Shown in pieces: positions 20,524 to 30,999 of a DNA stretch of 64,000 nucleotides. The position numbers and the translations under genes were made by a program. The notes below the pieces were generated by a model, which saw only the letters and a program-made list of their open reading frames with translations, made no database searches and was not told the origin of the DNA. The first letter of the stretch is position 1, and every line of letters begins with the position of its first letter. Source of the DNA: Rhodothermales bacterium (lineage in GTDB: Bacteria > Bacteroidota > Rhodothermia > Rhodothermales > JAHQVL01); the NCBI GenBank assembly GCA_041391505.1, contig JAWKNW010000002.1:166897-230896 (forward strand). Direction: 5' to 3'.

Positions 20524-21168
20524 CTATCGATTTCCTTTCTGGCGCGCGTACCGGACGTCGCACCCGTAGGGCTCGGTGCGCGGGATGGCTACCGGCCGAC
20601 CCGCCAGGGCGTCCTCGAGCGCGAGAGCCACGTAGTTCACGGCGTTCGGCAGCGTATCCTCGTTGGCTTTGGGCTGATCGTCCAGCGCGCCGGCGTAGAT
20701 GACGGCGCCCTCGGGGTCGATCACGAAGGCCTGCGGCGTAACCCGGGCGCCATAGGCGCGCCCCATCACTCCCTCCCCGTCGAGCAGGACGGCCGTCTGG
20801 CGGGCGCCGCGTTTCTGGAGCATGCTGTTCATCCGCTCGCGCGGCGCATTCCCCTGCCGGCCGGTGGCCGACGAGATCACCGAGAGCCAGACGACGCCGC
20901 GCTCGGTATAGGTTTTCTGCAGATCCTGCAAATAGCCCAGCTCATAGCGCATATCGACGTCAGAACAGGACAGGTTTGTCCACTCGAGCACCACATACGA
21001 ACCGGCATACTGCGAGAGGCTCTGGCGCTCCCCGCGGGAATCGAACACCTCGAACGCCGGCGCCCGCTCACCCGGCTTGATGTCGAATTCAGGGGCCTGC
21101 GCGCTGGAATCGGCATTCAGAAGGACAATCAGGGAGAACGCAAGGAGGCGTTGAAGCACCGTCTTCAT
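20524..21168 (-). CDS. thioredoxin-fold (redoxin/AhpC-TSA-like) secreted protein
   Basis: MKTVLQRLLAFSLIVLLNADSSAQA signal peptide. APAFEVFDSRGERQSLSQYAGSYVVLEWTNLSC...TPQAFVIDPEGAVIY is redoxin-like, but it has a single Cys instead of CxxC. Confidence 0.6.
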   Translation of the reverse strand: MKTVLQRLLAFSLIVLLNADSSAQAPEFDIKPGERAPAFEVFDSRGERQSLSQYAGSYVVLEWTNLSCSDVDMRYELGYLQDLQKTYTERGVVWLSVISSATGRQGNAPRERMNSMLQKRGARQTAVLLDGEGVMGRAYGARVTPQAFVIDPEGAVIYAGALDDQPKANEDTLPNAVNYVALALEDALAGRPVAIPRTEPYGCDVRYARQKGNR

Positions 21169-21523
21169 GGTCTTGTGCGTGTTTGGGAGGAGTGGATAAG
21201 GAGGGGCGTCACGCCATTCAGGCAAAAAGTCATCCCACTCGCGCGCCCTTCGCGGACGACGGGGAGCCACCCGTACCCATCGGCTCCCTAATCCTGGGTT
21301 AACACCACGGTTACGTTGCCTTCACAGCGGGGATCTATGTTGCTGCAGAGGCCTCGATATCCTTCCCTTCAATCGTCGCCTCTCTCCGTTGTGAATCGCG
21401 TACGGTTCGGACCTCTCCTGGATCACTTGCCTGTTTCGGGCGCCCCGGCATCCAGCAAGCTTTCGCCGGCTGTGCGCGATTAACCAGCGCCTCCTATCAC
21501 ACACCATAATCACCGCAGAAACC

Positions 21524-23416
21524 ATGAAACTGACGAGACTGCGTCGCGGCATTGCCGCCGCGCTCATGCTCTGCGCACCGTCGATGACGTACGCGCAATT
21601 CGTAACCCCCGAACCGGCCCAGATCACCGGCGACACGCCGGCCACCGATCGCGGCTGGAACGCACAACCCCTCTTCACCGTCGGCGAAAGCCTCGGCGGG
21701 TTTACGCCGACCGGTATTTTCGACGGCATCGGCGCGATCAAGGTAAGCCCCGATGTCGTCCGTTTTTTTGTGAACAATGAACTCGGTGAAGGCGCCGGCT
21801 ATCCCTATACGCTCGCGAACGGCACGTCGCTCAAGGGAGGCCGGGTCACCTATTTCGATATCGACGCCAACACGCGCCACGTCCTGGCAGCTGGCGCGGG
21901 ATACCACACGATCATCGACCGCGCCGGCGTGCCGGTGACGTCGGGTGCGCAGATCTGGCCAGGTAACGATTCCGACGAGGGATTGCGGCGCCTCTGCTCG
22001 AGCGGGCTCTTCACGGCAGGATCGTATAACCTCGTGGATGACATCTATTTCACTGGCGAGGAAACCGACGGTGGCCAGGAATTCGCGCTCGACGTGCACT
22101 CCGGCGTCCTCTACGCCGCGCCCTGGCTCGGCCGGGCCGCGTGGGAAAACCTGACGATGGTGGAGAGCGGCAACAAGAACATCGTGGCGATCCTGGCCGG
22201 CGATGACCGCGGCGGCGCCCCGCTCATCCTCTATCTCGGCCGCAAAAACGCGGTCGGCGACGGCAGCTTCCTCGATCGCAACGGCCTCGCCTTCGGCAAG
22301 CTCTATGTCTGGGTGGCCGACAGTGGCGACACGAGCCCGGAAGCGTTCAACGGCACCGGCACCTACCGGTCGGGCAAATTCGTCCAGATCGACCACTACG
22401 ATGCCAGCCAGGCCGGCATGAACGGGTACGACGAACAGGGGTTCGCAACGCAGGAAAAGCAGGACGAACTGGCGGCGGCCGTTGGCGCTTTCCGGTTCTC
22501 CCGTCCCGAGGACCTCGCTACGAATCCCCGCAACGGCTCCGAATTCGTGTTTGCCTCGACGGGCCGCGGCAGCCTCTTCCCGTCGGATGACTGGGGCACG
22601 TTGTACCGCGTCGACATCGACGTCCGCGCGCTCGCGGCGACCATCGAAATCCTCTACGACGGCGACGACGCCGGCGCCGGCCAGTTCGCCGGCCCCGATT
22701 TCGGCCTTCGCAGCCCGGACAACCTCGACTGGGCCGACAACGGGCTCATCTATGCCCAGGAGGACCGCTCGACGAGCATCGGCGTGTTCGGTGGCACGAG
22801 CGGCATGGAGGCGTCCATCTGGGAGATCAACCCCAAGACCGGCAAGCTGCGCCGGATCGCGCAGGTCGATCGTGCCCATGTACCGGCCGATCAGACCGAC
22901 ACCGATCCGACGGATATCGGCAACTGGGAAACCAGCGGCATTCTCGACGTGACGTCGCTGTTCAAGACCGCGAAAGGCGAGCGCCTCCTCGCGCTCGACG
23001 TACAGGCCCACAGCCTGTCCGACGGCCGCATCGCGGAGAACAACCTGGTGCAGGGCGGACAGTTGCTGCTCCTGAGCCGGTCGAAAGCCGAGACCGCCAG
23101 CAGCATGGATGCCGACGCCGAAGCCACGCTCCATGTCGCAGCCGAAACGCCGACCGCGTTCGACCTCGAGGCGAACTACCCGAATCCGTTCAACCCGACG
23201 ACGACCATCGCCTTTAGCCTGCCTGAAACGGCGCAGGTGCGCCTGACGGTGTTCGACGCGATCGGGCGGACCGTCGCCACCCTGGCATCCGGAGAACTGC
23301 CGGCCGGCCGCCATGAGGTGACATTCGACGCCACCGGCTTCGCCAGCGGCCTCTACTACTACCGCCTTGAGACGCCGTCTCACGCCGTCGTCCGGCAGAT
23401 GTCGCTGCTGAAATAA
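21524..23416 (+). CDS. secreted PhoX-like (DUF839) beta-propeller protein with T9SS C-terminal sorting domain
   Basis: Signal peptide [36 protein letters not shown] and GEETDGG resemble PhoX/DUF839. The C-terminus [36 protein letters not shown]...GLYYYRL is a Por secretion tail. The coding call is strong; the function is weaker. Confidence 0.55.
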   Translation: MKLTRLRRGIAAALMLCAPSMTYAQFVTPEPAQITGDTPATDRGWNAQPLFTVGESLGGFTPTGIFDGIGAIKVSPDVVRFFVNNELGEGAGYPYTLANGTSLKGGRVTYFDIDANTRHVLAAGAGYHTIIDRAGVPVTSGAQIWPGNDSDEGLRRLCSSGLFTAGSYNLVDDIYFTGEETDGGQEFALDVHSGVLYAAPWLGRAAWENLTMVESGNKNIVAILAGDDRGGAPLILYLGRKNAVGDGSFLDRNGLAFGKLYVWVADSGDTSPEAFNGTGTYRSGKFVQIDHYDASQAGMNGYDEQGFATQEKQDELAAAVGAFRFSRPEDLATNPRNGSEFVFASTGRGSLFPSDDWGTLYRVDIDVRALAATIEILYDGDDAGAGQFAGPDFGLRSPDNLDWADNGLIYAQEDRSTSIGVFGGTSGMEASIWEINPKTGKLRRIAQVDRAHVPADQTDTDPTDIGNWETSGILDVTSLFKTAKGERLLALDVQAHSLSDGRIAENNLVQGGQLLLLSRSKAETASSMDADAEATLHVAAETPTAFDLEANYPNPFNPTTTIAFSLPETAQVRLTVFDAIGRTVATLASGELPAGRHEVTFDATGFASGLYYYRLETPSHAVVRQMSLLK

Positions 23417-23455
23417 CGCCGGCGTCCGGCATCACGAACCGCGGCAACCGCACGC

Positions 23456-23497
23456 AAAAGGGGCGCGACGTATCGTTCGCGCCCCTTTTGTTTTTTT
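23456..23497 (+). terminator. rho-independent terminator
   Basis: aaaaggggcgcga, cgtatcgt, tcgcgcccctttt, then g + 7 T. It lies 40 nt after the stop at 23416. Confidence 0.75.
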
Positions 23498-23609
23498 CAT
23501 ATTGCGTATACTGCAGCGTCCGAAGGGCATGGCGCCGGATGAGCCAGGAGCCTCCCCATCGTTGTATGCATCTAGAGCATCCCCACCAGGAACCAACAGC
23601 CACCCACCT

Positions 23610-23915
23610 ATGGCCACGATCAACATCCTTTTCGACAGCAACGGCAACCCGACGCCGGCCTCTTTCGCCATTCAGCCCGGCGACACCGTCGTCTTCGAGG
23701 CGGGCAGCGAAGACATCGTACTCTGCATGGATCCCGAAACGATCTTTGGCAGCGAGCGCATCGCCATTCCGGCCGGGACCAGCGTTGAGACGACCGTCCA
23801 GCCCGGTGCTTCGGGCGCGTTTTCCTTCACGAGCATCGCCGGCGACATCGAAGCCGAGTGCGGAGCGCGCGGCACGACGGGCGGCGAGGGGGGCGGCAAC
23901 GTCGGGGGACAATAA
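23610..23915 (+). CDS. hypothetical 101-aa protein with Gly-rich tail
   Basis: MATINILFDSNGNPTPASFAIQPGDTVVFEAG...GGEGGGNVGGQ. No family recognised. Confidence 0.4.
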   Translation: MATINILFDSNGNPTPASFAIQPGDTVVFEAGSEDIVLCMDPETIFGSERIAIPAGTSVETTVQPGASGAFSFTSIAGDIEAECGARGTTGGEGGGNVGGQ

Positions 23916-23930
23916 CACCCCCTGACAGGG

Positions 23931-26780
23931 TCAGCCCGGAGGCGCGCTCAACCCCGCGATGAGGTCCCCGTAGGCCGGCGCCGCGCGAAGCTCGTCCATC
24001 CACGCCGACGCTTCAAGCCGATCGGGGTCGTACCCGGCCTCGAATCCTTGGCGGAGATACCGCAGGGCATCGGCCCTGCGGCCGACAATCTCATAGGCAA
24101 TGCCGATCGAAACCAGCAGCTCGCCGGAGACCGGCTTCATGGCTTCGATGCGCGCGATGTAGCCCCCCATCGCGGCGCGGTCGCCCCGCTTGGCCGCCGC
24201 CTCGAGCCCCGACCGCAGCGCGCCCTCGTCCAGCGGGTTGATCTCCAGCCGGCGCCGGGTCAGCGCCTCGGTCGAATCCCAGGCGCGGCGCGCCCTCTCC
24301 GGTTCGCCGAGCCAGTGGTAGGCGTTGCCGAGCTGATCCCACGAGTCGAGCTGGGCATTCTGCAACGCCACCGAACGCTCGTAGTAGGCGGCCGCCTCGG
24401 CGAAGGCGTCGCGGGTGTAGGCGATGCCGCCGAGGTTGTTCAGGGCCAGCGCGCGGGCGGACACGGCGTTGGGGTTCACTTCCGCCGCTTTTTCGTACAG
24501 GGGCACCGCCTCATCGAGCCGGCCCAGCCGCTGGTACTGCACGGCCATGTTGTTGTACCCCCAGGGGTTGGTGGGGCGGAGGTCGATCACGTGCTGGTAC
24601 ATGGGGATGGCGTCGGCGTGCCGCCCCATCTCGTGATAGAGGTTGCCCAGCGCGAGATAATATTGCCAGTTATCCGGCCGGCGCTCGATCGCCTTCAGGT
24701 AAAACTCCTCGGCCTTGTCGTATTCGGCCATCGAGCGGTAGACGCGCCCCAGCTGGTACTGCGCCTCGACGTTCTCGCCGTCGAGCACGTACGCGCGCAG
24801 GAACTGGCGTTCCGCCTCGGTATAGTCGCCTGTATTCAGATAGATCATCCCCATGGTGAGGCGGACGGCTCCGAGGTCGTCGTCGTGCGCCACGGCCTGC
24901 CGGCCCAGCGAGACCGCCCGATCCATCCAGGCGCTGTTCTTGTCCAGCTCGTACTTCAGCACATAGGCTTCGGCCAGGCCGGCGTAGGCCAGCACGAAGC
25001 CGGAATCCTCCTTGAGCGCCAGACCAAACAGACTGATGGCGGCGTCGAGGTTGGTCTCGTCTTCGTACGCCTGCAGGTAGCCGCGCGCCCGCGTGTAATC
25101 GCGATAGGCCTCCGCGTCACTCGAGAACCCCGCGGTGAGGAACTGGGTCGTCTCCATGTTCAGCTTCACATCAAGCAGTTCCGCGAGGTTTTCCACGATG
25201 CGCTCCTCGAGACCGCCCATCTGCTCGGGCGCCACATCGATCACCCTGGAATTGACGATCGCGTTGGTGCCCGTGTCGATGAACTGGAGCACGAGCTGGA
25301 TCCCCCTCCCGCGCTGCTGCACGCTGCCGCTCAGCACGAGGTTGGCGTTGAGCCGCTCGGCGGCGGCCGAGGCCGAACGCACCCGCTCGGCCTGCACCTC
25401 GCTCGGCGACACGACGGCGAGCCGGCCGCGGTAGCGCTCCATCAGCGTCAGCTTGCCCGTGATGGTGTAGGCGAGACCGTTGACCAGGGCCGAGTCGACG
25501 CCGACCGCCGAAAACGGCAGCACGGCCAGCCGCACCTCATCCGATCCCAGGGCGGGGCGCGCCGGCCGGGCCCAGAGCCAGAACCCGATGCCGACGAGGG
25601 CTGCCAGCAGCAGAACGGCCGCTCCCTGCAGGGGCGTCACGCGGAGCCGGCGTGTCGGCGGCGCGGCAGGACGCTCGGCCGTCGACAAAGGCGGTGCGGC
25701 GGGCTCGCCCCGATCCAGCGCGTCGAGCGCATCGAGCACGTCCTGCGCCCGCGCGAAACGCCGATCCGGCTCCTTCTCAAGGCAGCGCAGGACGATGGCG
25801 TCCAGCCCGGCGGGCAGGTCGGGCCGGTGCGCGCTCGGGGGCTCGGGGTCTTCGTTGAGGATGCTGTAGATGACGGCCTGGTCGTAGTCGCCGGCGAACG
25901 GACGCGCCCCGGCAACCATCTCGTAGAGCACGACGCCGGCGGACCAGATGTCCGACCGGTGATCGACGCTTCCGCCCCGGGCCTGCTCCGGGCACATGTA
26001 CGCCACCGTCCCCATCGTCATGCCCGTGCGCGTCAGATCGACGCCCTGCATCTTCGCCAGCCCGAAGTCCAGGATTTTCACGGCGCCGACGGCCGTGAGA
26101 AACAGGTTATCCGGTTTGATGTCCCGATGGACGATCCCGTGTTCGTGGGCGTGCGCCAGACCGCGGAGCATCTGCCGGGCGAAGTCGATCGCTTCGGGAT
26201 ACGGCAGGTCGCGCTTCATCCGCGCCTTGAGGGTTTCACCCTCGTAGTAGCCCATCGCGATAAAATGTATCCCTTCCTCGGTTTCGTTGAACTCGAAGAT
26301 CGTGCAGATATTGGGATGATCGAGCAGCGACGCCGCCTGCGCTTCCTGCAAGAAGCGGCGCGACAACTCCTGGTCGCCGCGGCGTATCGTGGGGAGAAAC
26401 TTGAGCGCGGCGAGCCGATTGAGCCGGGTATCCCGGGCGAGGTACACCACCCCCATCCCGCCGGCGCCGAGCTCCCGCTCGATCTCGTACTGGTTCACCC
26501 GTTCCCCCGGCTGGAGGACGCCGTGGCGCAATGCGGCGGGTGCGGAGGGGCGCGTCGGACCCTGTTGCCCGGGGACGTGCCGGCGCATGCTATCGAAGTA
26601 TCCCGGAGCCGCCTCGTAGGCCTTGAGCATGCCGTCGAGTTCGGCGCGCATCGCGTCGTCGCCGGCACAGGCCTGATCCAGGTAGCTCGCCTGCTCCTGC
26701 CCCTCGAGCGCAAGAGCTTTCTCGAAGACCTGTTCGAGCCGGGTCCAGTCAGATGAGTCCATCGAATTAAGCCTCGCCAA
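23931..26780 (-). CDS. Ser/Thr protein kinase with TM segment and C-terminal TPR repeats
   Basis: GAGGMGVVYLARD, HRDIKPDNLFL, DFGLAK and APE-type motifs are present. The C-terminal ~450 aa contain repeated TPR-like units (YQLGRVYRSMAEYDKAEEFYLKAIE...). The start is either the TTG at 26780 or the ATG at 26762. Confidence 0.85.
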   Translation of the reverse strand: MARLNSMDSSDWTRLEQVFEKALALEGQEQASYLDQACAGDDAMRAELDGMLKAYEAAPGYFDSMRRHVPGQQGPTRPSAPAALRHGVLQPGERVNQYEIERELGAGGMGVVYLARDTRLNRLAALKFLPTIRRGDQELSRRFLQEAQAASLLDHPNICTIFEFNETEEGIHFIAMGYYEGETLKARMKRDLPYPEAIDFARQMLRGLAHAHEHGIVHRDIKPDNLFLTAVGAVKILDFGLAKMQGVDLTRTGMTMGTVAYMCPEQARGGSVDHRSDIWSAGVVLYEMVAGARPFAGDYDQAVIYSILNEDPEPPSAHRPDLPAGLDAIVLRCLEKEPDRRFARAQDVLDALDALDRGEPAAPPLSTAERPAAPPTRRLRVTPLQGAAVLLLAALVGIGFWLWARPARPALGSDEVRLAVLPFSAVGVDSALVNGLAYTITGKLTLMERYRGRLAVVSPSEVQAERVRSASAAAERLNANLVLSGSVQQRGRGIQLVLQFIDTGTNAIVNSRVIDVAPEQMGGLEERIVENLAELLDVKLNMETTQFLTAGFSSDAEAYRDYTRARGYLQAYEDETNLDAAISLFGLALKEDSGFVLAYAGLAEAYVLKYELDKNSAWMDRAVSLGRQAVAHDDDLGAVRLTMGMIYLNTGDYTEAERQFLRAYVLDGENVEAQYQLGRVYRSMAEYDKAEEFYLKAIERRPDNWQYYLALGNLYHEMGRHADAIPMYQHVIDLRPTNPWGYNNMAVQYQRLGRLDEAVPLYEKAAEVNPNAVSARALALNNLGGIAYTRDAFAEAAAYYERSVALQNAQLDSWDQLGNAYHWLGEPERARRAWDSTEALTRRRLEINPLDEGALRSGLEAAAKRGDRAAMGGYIARIEAMKPVSGELLVSIGIAYEIVGRRADALRYLRQGFEAGYDPDRLEASAWMDELRAAPAYGDLIAGLSAPPG

Positions 26781-27117
26781 TGGGCTTGCCGTCCAGTACG
26801 AAAGGCGATCAGAGCATGCAATATGCCCTTGATAATACGATATATCGGCGAAAAAAGGGCCGGTCGACGAAAAGAAGATGGCGCCGACGCGACGAAATGG
26901 CGCATCCCCCTGACAGGGATTTCCAGCGCGTTGCCGGACATACTGCCGGTAATGAATTGGCGGCTTTCCTCTATTTCGTCACCCTCAATTCTGGTGTAAT
27001 TTGCGGATGCACTTTCTTATAAGTAAGCAGCTCATTAAATACCGCAGAGCCGACCGATGCACCGCATCCTTCCCGGCCGACACATCCGTTACATACCCCA
27101 ATCTACCCCCAATCGTT

Positions 27118-28323
27118 ATGTTCAGACCCCTTCAAGCGCGTCACCGACGCGCCGGACTTCTCATTGCCCTCACGCTCACCGTCATCGGCGCGGTTCCGGT
27201 CCTCGCCCAGCAGGGCGGTGGCCGGCAATTTTCTGTCGAAATGACGTGTTTCCCGCCTCCGCCGGCACCCGGCGGCGTACCGGGCATCGGGCCGCCCCCG
27301 CCCTGCATCCTGCCGGTCGGCGTCGATACGCGTTTCGTCTCCCCGAACCCCACGGGCACGGCGCGCTTCCACGTCCGGGCCGACGGGACGACCAAGGTGA
27401 CGGTCGATCTCGAAGGGCTGGCGCCCGACCTGTCGCTGACGGTGTGGACGTCCTATTACTTCCCCGGCGGCCCGGCGCCGCACCCCCTGTTCGCGCCGAT
27501 CGGGCCCGGACTTCCGGCCATCGCCGGCGTCTCCGCGCCGCTCGCGCCGACCTATGCGGGGTTCACCGAAGGGCTCGGCCCCGAGCCCAACGAGTTTCAG
27601 CTCCTGCCCAACGGCAAGGCGCGGCTCGTCGTGGTGCTGGATTACAACCCGTTGCTGCCGGGCGAAGGCCCGCTGCGGAACGATCTCGTGATCACGAACC
27701 AGACCGACGCGCCCGCTGGCAGCGGCGTCGAGCAGCCCCTGTGCTGCTCGCCCACGCCGGCCGTGCAATCGGTGGGCGCCTCGTTCCTTCGCGTGTTCGA
27801 CCTGGAAACCGGGTTTCAGAAACTGGATGCCGACGGCCGGCCGATGCTGGTGCGAAGCCCGCTCCCGGTCGCCTTCCTGGCCGTCGTCGTCCATGTTGAC
27901 GATCAGACCCACGGCATCAACCCGGGCGTGCCGATTCTGCCGATCCCCGGCACCCCCGTCACCGCCGGCGACCACTTCCTGCTGGGCATCTTCGACGTGC
28001 GGGCGCACTACCCGTCCGCACCCGAAACGTCCCGCGCCGCCGCCGGCGTCTCCCCCGAAGGCTATATGCTCTCCGGCATTTACCCGAACCCGTTCAACCC
28101 AACAACAGCCTTTCAGCTTACCCTGGCTGAATCACAGCGCGTTCACATCGAGGTCTTCGACCTACTCGGCCGTTCTGTCGCCATGATACAGGACGGTGTG
28201 CTCGGCGCGAACGAGGAGCACGTCTTCTCGTTCGACGCCGGGCGCCTCGCGAGCGGACGCTATGTGCTGCGGGTGATGGGCGAAACGTTCGAGACGAGCC
28301 GGACGCTGACCCTGGCGAAATAG
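27118..28323 (+). CDS. hypothetical secreted protein with T9SS C-terminal sorting domain
   Basis: MFRPLQARHRRAGLLIALTLTVIGAVPVLAQ signal peptide and a Pro/Gly-rich body. The C-terminus is [36 protein letters not shown]...GRYVLRV. Confidence 0.7.
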   Translation: MFRPLQARHRRAGLLIALTLTVIGAVPVLAQQGGGRQFSVEMTCFPPPPAPGGVPGIGPPPPCILPVGVDTRFVSPNPTGTARFHVRADGTTKVTVDLEGLAPDLSLTVWTSYYFPGGPAPHPLFAPIGPGLPAIAGVSAPLAPTYAGFTEGLGPEPNEFQLLPNGKARLVVVLDYNPLLPGEGPLRNDLVITNQTDAPAGSGVEQPLCCSPTPAVQSVGASFLRVFDLETGFQKLDADGRPMLVRSPLPVAFLAVVVHVDDQTHGINPGVPILPIPGTPVTAGDHFLLGIFDVRAHYPSAPETSRAAAGVSPEGYMLSGIYPNPFNPTTAFQLTLAESQRVHIEVFDLLGRSVAMIQDGVLGANEEHVFSFDAGRLASGRYVLRVMGETFETSRTLTLAK

Positions 28324-28352
28324 CGCATCTTGCTGCCAGGGCGATTCGAATT

Positions 28353-28530
28353 GGGGATGGGATGCAGGATGGGGGATGCAAGATGCGGGATGCAGGATAA
28401 TTTGGTCAAAAACACAAGTCTTCGACAGACATCCTGCATCCAACATCCTGCATCCCCCATCCCCCATCCAGCATCTTGCATCCTGCATCCCCCATCCTAC
28501 ATCCTGCACCCCCCATCCCCCATCCATCCC
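28353..28530. repeat. imperfect long inverted repeat built from ggatg/gcagg words, between convergent genes
   Basis: Left arm ggggatgggatgcaggatgggggatgcaagatgcgggatgcaggat (28353-28398). A 32-nt AT-rich spacer follows. The right arm is atcctgcatcc...catcccccatcc... (28431-28530), containing reverse-complement copies of the same words. Confidence 0.6.
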
Positions 28531-29220
28531 TCACCCCGCGTAGCGCAGGATGCGGTGCGCCCGGCGCAGGGTCGCGGCTTCCAGTGCGCGGCGGATCTGC
28601 TCGCAATCCGCGTCATCGCCGGCATCCAGCATGCGCACGGCCTGCCGCCACACGTCCTCCCGCCATGCGGCGATGAGCCGCGAGAGCATCCATTCGTCCG
28701 CCGGCCCCATCAGCACGTCTACCAGCTGCATCAGCGGTTCTTCCGGTTCGATGATCGTATCCTGCACCACATCGATCGAGCGGCCGATCACGCGGTTCAC
28801 GGCGCAATGATCGGCGTAGCGGCGTTCGCGGAGGCCGGCCGGCGCATCGGTCCACTCGTCGCGCAGCACATCGACGAGCGTCAGCACCAGGTCGTAGTTG
28901 ATGTGCGCGTTGATGCCCAGCAGCAGCCGCTGCACAACGAAGAGGCGGTTGGCCATCGTACATTCGTGCGCGAATCGCCAGACCTCCGGCGTCGCCGTGG
29001 GGCGCGTATCGTAGGCATCCAGCGCATCGAAATAGTAGGCCGCGAACCGCTCGAGGAGGACGCGAACCCAGACCGGGTCGCCGAAGGTCCCGTCCTCGAG
29101 CGCGGCGAGCATGTTGCCCGTCATCAGCCGGTAGCAGCGCAGAAAGCCGGCGCGCGGATCGTCATCCATCCCCCAGCGCGCCAGCAGCCCCTCCATACGG
29201 TCGGTAACAGCAGACGTCAT
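28531..29220 (-). CDS. DUF5995-like hypothetical protein
   Basis: 229 aa from the ATG at 29220: MTSAVTDRMEGLLARWGMDDDPRAGFLRCYRLMTGNMLAAL...LLLGINAHINYDL. The family assignment is from memory only. Confidence 0.45.
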   Translation of the reverse strand: MTSAVTDRMEGLLARWGMDDDPRAGFLRCYRLMTGNMLAALEDGTFGDPVWVRVLLERFAAYYFDALDAYDTRPTATPEVWRFAHECTMANRLFVVQRLLLGINAHINYDLVLTLVDVLRDEWTDAPAGLRERRYADHCAVNRVIGRSIDVVQDTIIEPEEPLMQLVDVLMGPADEWMLSRLIAAWREDVWRQAVRMLDAGDDADCEQIRRALEAATLRRAHRILRYAG

Positions 29221-29300
29221 CGTTCCCGGTTGCTGATGTGTCGTGAAGGGGCGACACGAAAGGCATCCCCCCTTCCCGCAACATACGGGATGCGCCGGCG

Positions 29301-30926
29301 CTATTCCAGCACGAGATGCACGGCCTGCATCGGCTCGATGACAAACCGGAAGGCGTTGCCGGCGATATCCGCCACGTCGTCCTTCCGGATCACGAACGCG
29401 TTGCGGCTGTCGAATCCCCAGACTTCCGCGCCGGCGTAGGCGGCATCGCTCGTGATGGCGAAGTTCGTCCCGACGGCGCCGTCGCGGCTTTTGTTGATCA
29501 GCACCACGTGCAGCCGCGACGTCTCGGTCCCCTCGATCGCGGCGTAGACCGACAGCCGCCCCCGGTCGCCGGCCTCGGCGAAAACGCTCGTGTCGCCGAA
29601 ATGGCCGCCTACGTCGTCGTAGTTGCGATACAGCTTGAACGCGGCGGCGGCGAAGACGTCGTTCGCCTCGATCCCCCAGCGCGTCGCCAGGTAGACGCCG
29701 TATTTCCCGAACGCGCCGAGCACGTCCGCCTGGGCCAGTCCGCCGGAGATCGTGTGGCCGGCACCGTAGTCGTATTCGGTAACCGCCAGCTTCGTCCCGG
29801 GGTAGTGCGCGGCGATGGCGGATCGCAGCCGGGGCAGGATCGGCAGGAAGGCGCCGCAGCAGTCGGCGATCCAGCTCGTTTCGACGTACGAGAGGTCCCA
29901 CAACGTACGCGGGGCCTGCACGCGCGCCTCGACGTCGGCGTTCGAGACGCCGTCGCCGGTGATCCGGCTGCTGCCCTGCGCCTCGGGGTACCAGTGTACG
30001 TCGAGCACATCGAGCAGCCGGCGGCCCTGGCTTTGCTCGGCGAGGCGCATCTGCTCCAGATAATAGTCGATAAACCACGTCGCCCCCTGCCCCGCCTGCG
30101 CCCAGTCGGGGGCATCCTGCAGGTTCAGGTAGGCCCCGAAGCCGTAGAGCGCCGGCCCCAGGATCTCGGCGTCGGGGTCCACGTCCTTGACGGCCGACGC
30201 GACCGCGACGGACCGGTCGACGAGTTCGGCGGCGCCGAGCCGTTCGGGGTGGATGCGGACGTGAGTAAAGGGCCAGAGGGCCGGCTCGTTGTCCAGGCTG
30301 TAGAAGCGGACGCCGGACCCGCTCGCGGCCGTACCGTACCGGCGCACGAGGAAGGCGACCAGCTCGTCCAGGTACACGACGCCGTCGCGGAGATCGGGCG
30401 ACGCCGCGAAGGCCGCCGGCTTGCGGGGTTCCACCCGCACCCAGCGGTTGGAGGGCGCGGTTTCCGCCTCCGTGACCGTCCCGAAGTCGTCGGCGGACAC
30501 ATAGCCGGCCAGCTGGAGCGTGATGACGGAGTGCGCGCCCATCTGGAGCGACTGGTCGTGCCAGAAGGTGAGGGCGCGGCCCGGTTCGGTCTGCTCGGCA
30601 TTCGGGATGCCGAGGTACGACGGGATGAACTGATCGCTGGAATGCTGGAAGTCGCTGCCGGCGTTGGAGTAGTTGTTCTCCCAGTTATACCCCGTCATGC
30701 GATTGCCGCCCAGGCGGCGGACGGTCCAGACGCTGCCGTTCCGATCCTGGTTGGATCCGTAGATCAACGGGCTGATGGCTGTGTGCTGGGCATCGACGTC
30801 GATCGAGACGGCGACCTCGGCGACGACGTTCGCTTCGGGGTCGGGCTCGTTCGAGGAGGCGCCGTCGCAGCCGGCGGCGAGGCCGGCCAGCGCCAGGAGC
30901 GCGCAAAAGAGGCCTTGCGTGCGCAT
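29301..30926 (-). CDS. glycoside hydrolase family 44-like (endoglucanase/xyloglucanase), lipoprotein
   Basis: MRTQGLFCALLALAGLAAGCD lipobox. ISPLIYGSNQD...RLGGNRMTGYNWENNYSNAGSDF matches the GH44 N-terminal signature as I remember it. Confidence 0.6.
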   Translation of the reverse strand: MRTQGLFCALLALAGLAAGCDGASSNEPDPEANVVAEVAVSIDVDAQHTAISPLIYGSNQDRNGSVWTVRRLGGNRMTGYNWENNYSNAGSDFQHSSDQFIPSYLGIPNAEQTEPGRALTFWHDQSLQMGAHSVITLQLAGYVSADDFGTVTEAETAPSNRWVRVEPRKPAAFAASPDLRDGVVYLDELVAFLVRRYGTAASGSGVRFYSLDNEPALWPFTHVRIHPERLGAAELVDRSVAVASAVKDVDPDAEILGPALYGFGAYLNLQDAPDWAQAGQGATWFIDYYLEQMRLAEQSQGRRLLDVLDVHWYPEAQGSSRITGDGVSNADVEARVQAPRTLWDLSYVETSWIADCCGAFLPILPRLRSAIAAHYPGTKLAVTEYDYGAGHTISGGLAQADVLGAFGKYGVYLATRWGIEANDVFAAAAFKLYRNYDDVGGHFGDTSVFAEAGDRGRLSVYAAIEGTETSRLHVVLINKSRDGAVGTNFAITSDAAYAGAEVWGFDSRNAFVIRKDDVADIAGNAFRFVIEPMQAVHLVLE

Positions 30927-30999
30927 GAGGAAAACGGATGGGTTTCGAGGCGTGGGATGGGCCCGATCGCCGGCAAACCGCGTTCCACGATGCGCGTCC

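Noticed and set aside
20524-21168. The redoxin with a missing CxxC as a notable finding
   Set aside because: I cannot recall the family consensus well enough to say that the single-Cys WTNLSC site is abnormal. It is left as an annotation note only.
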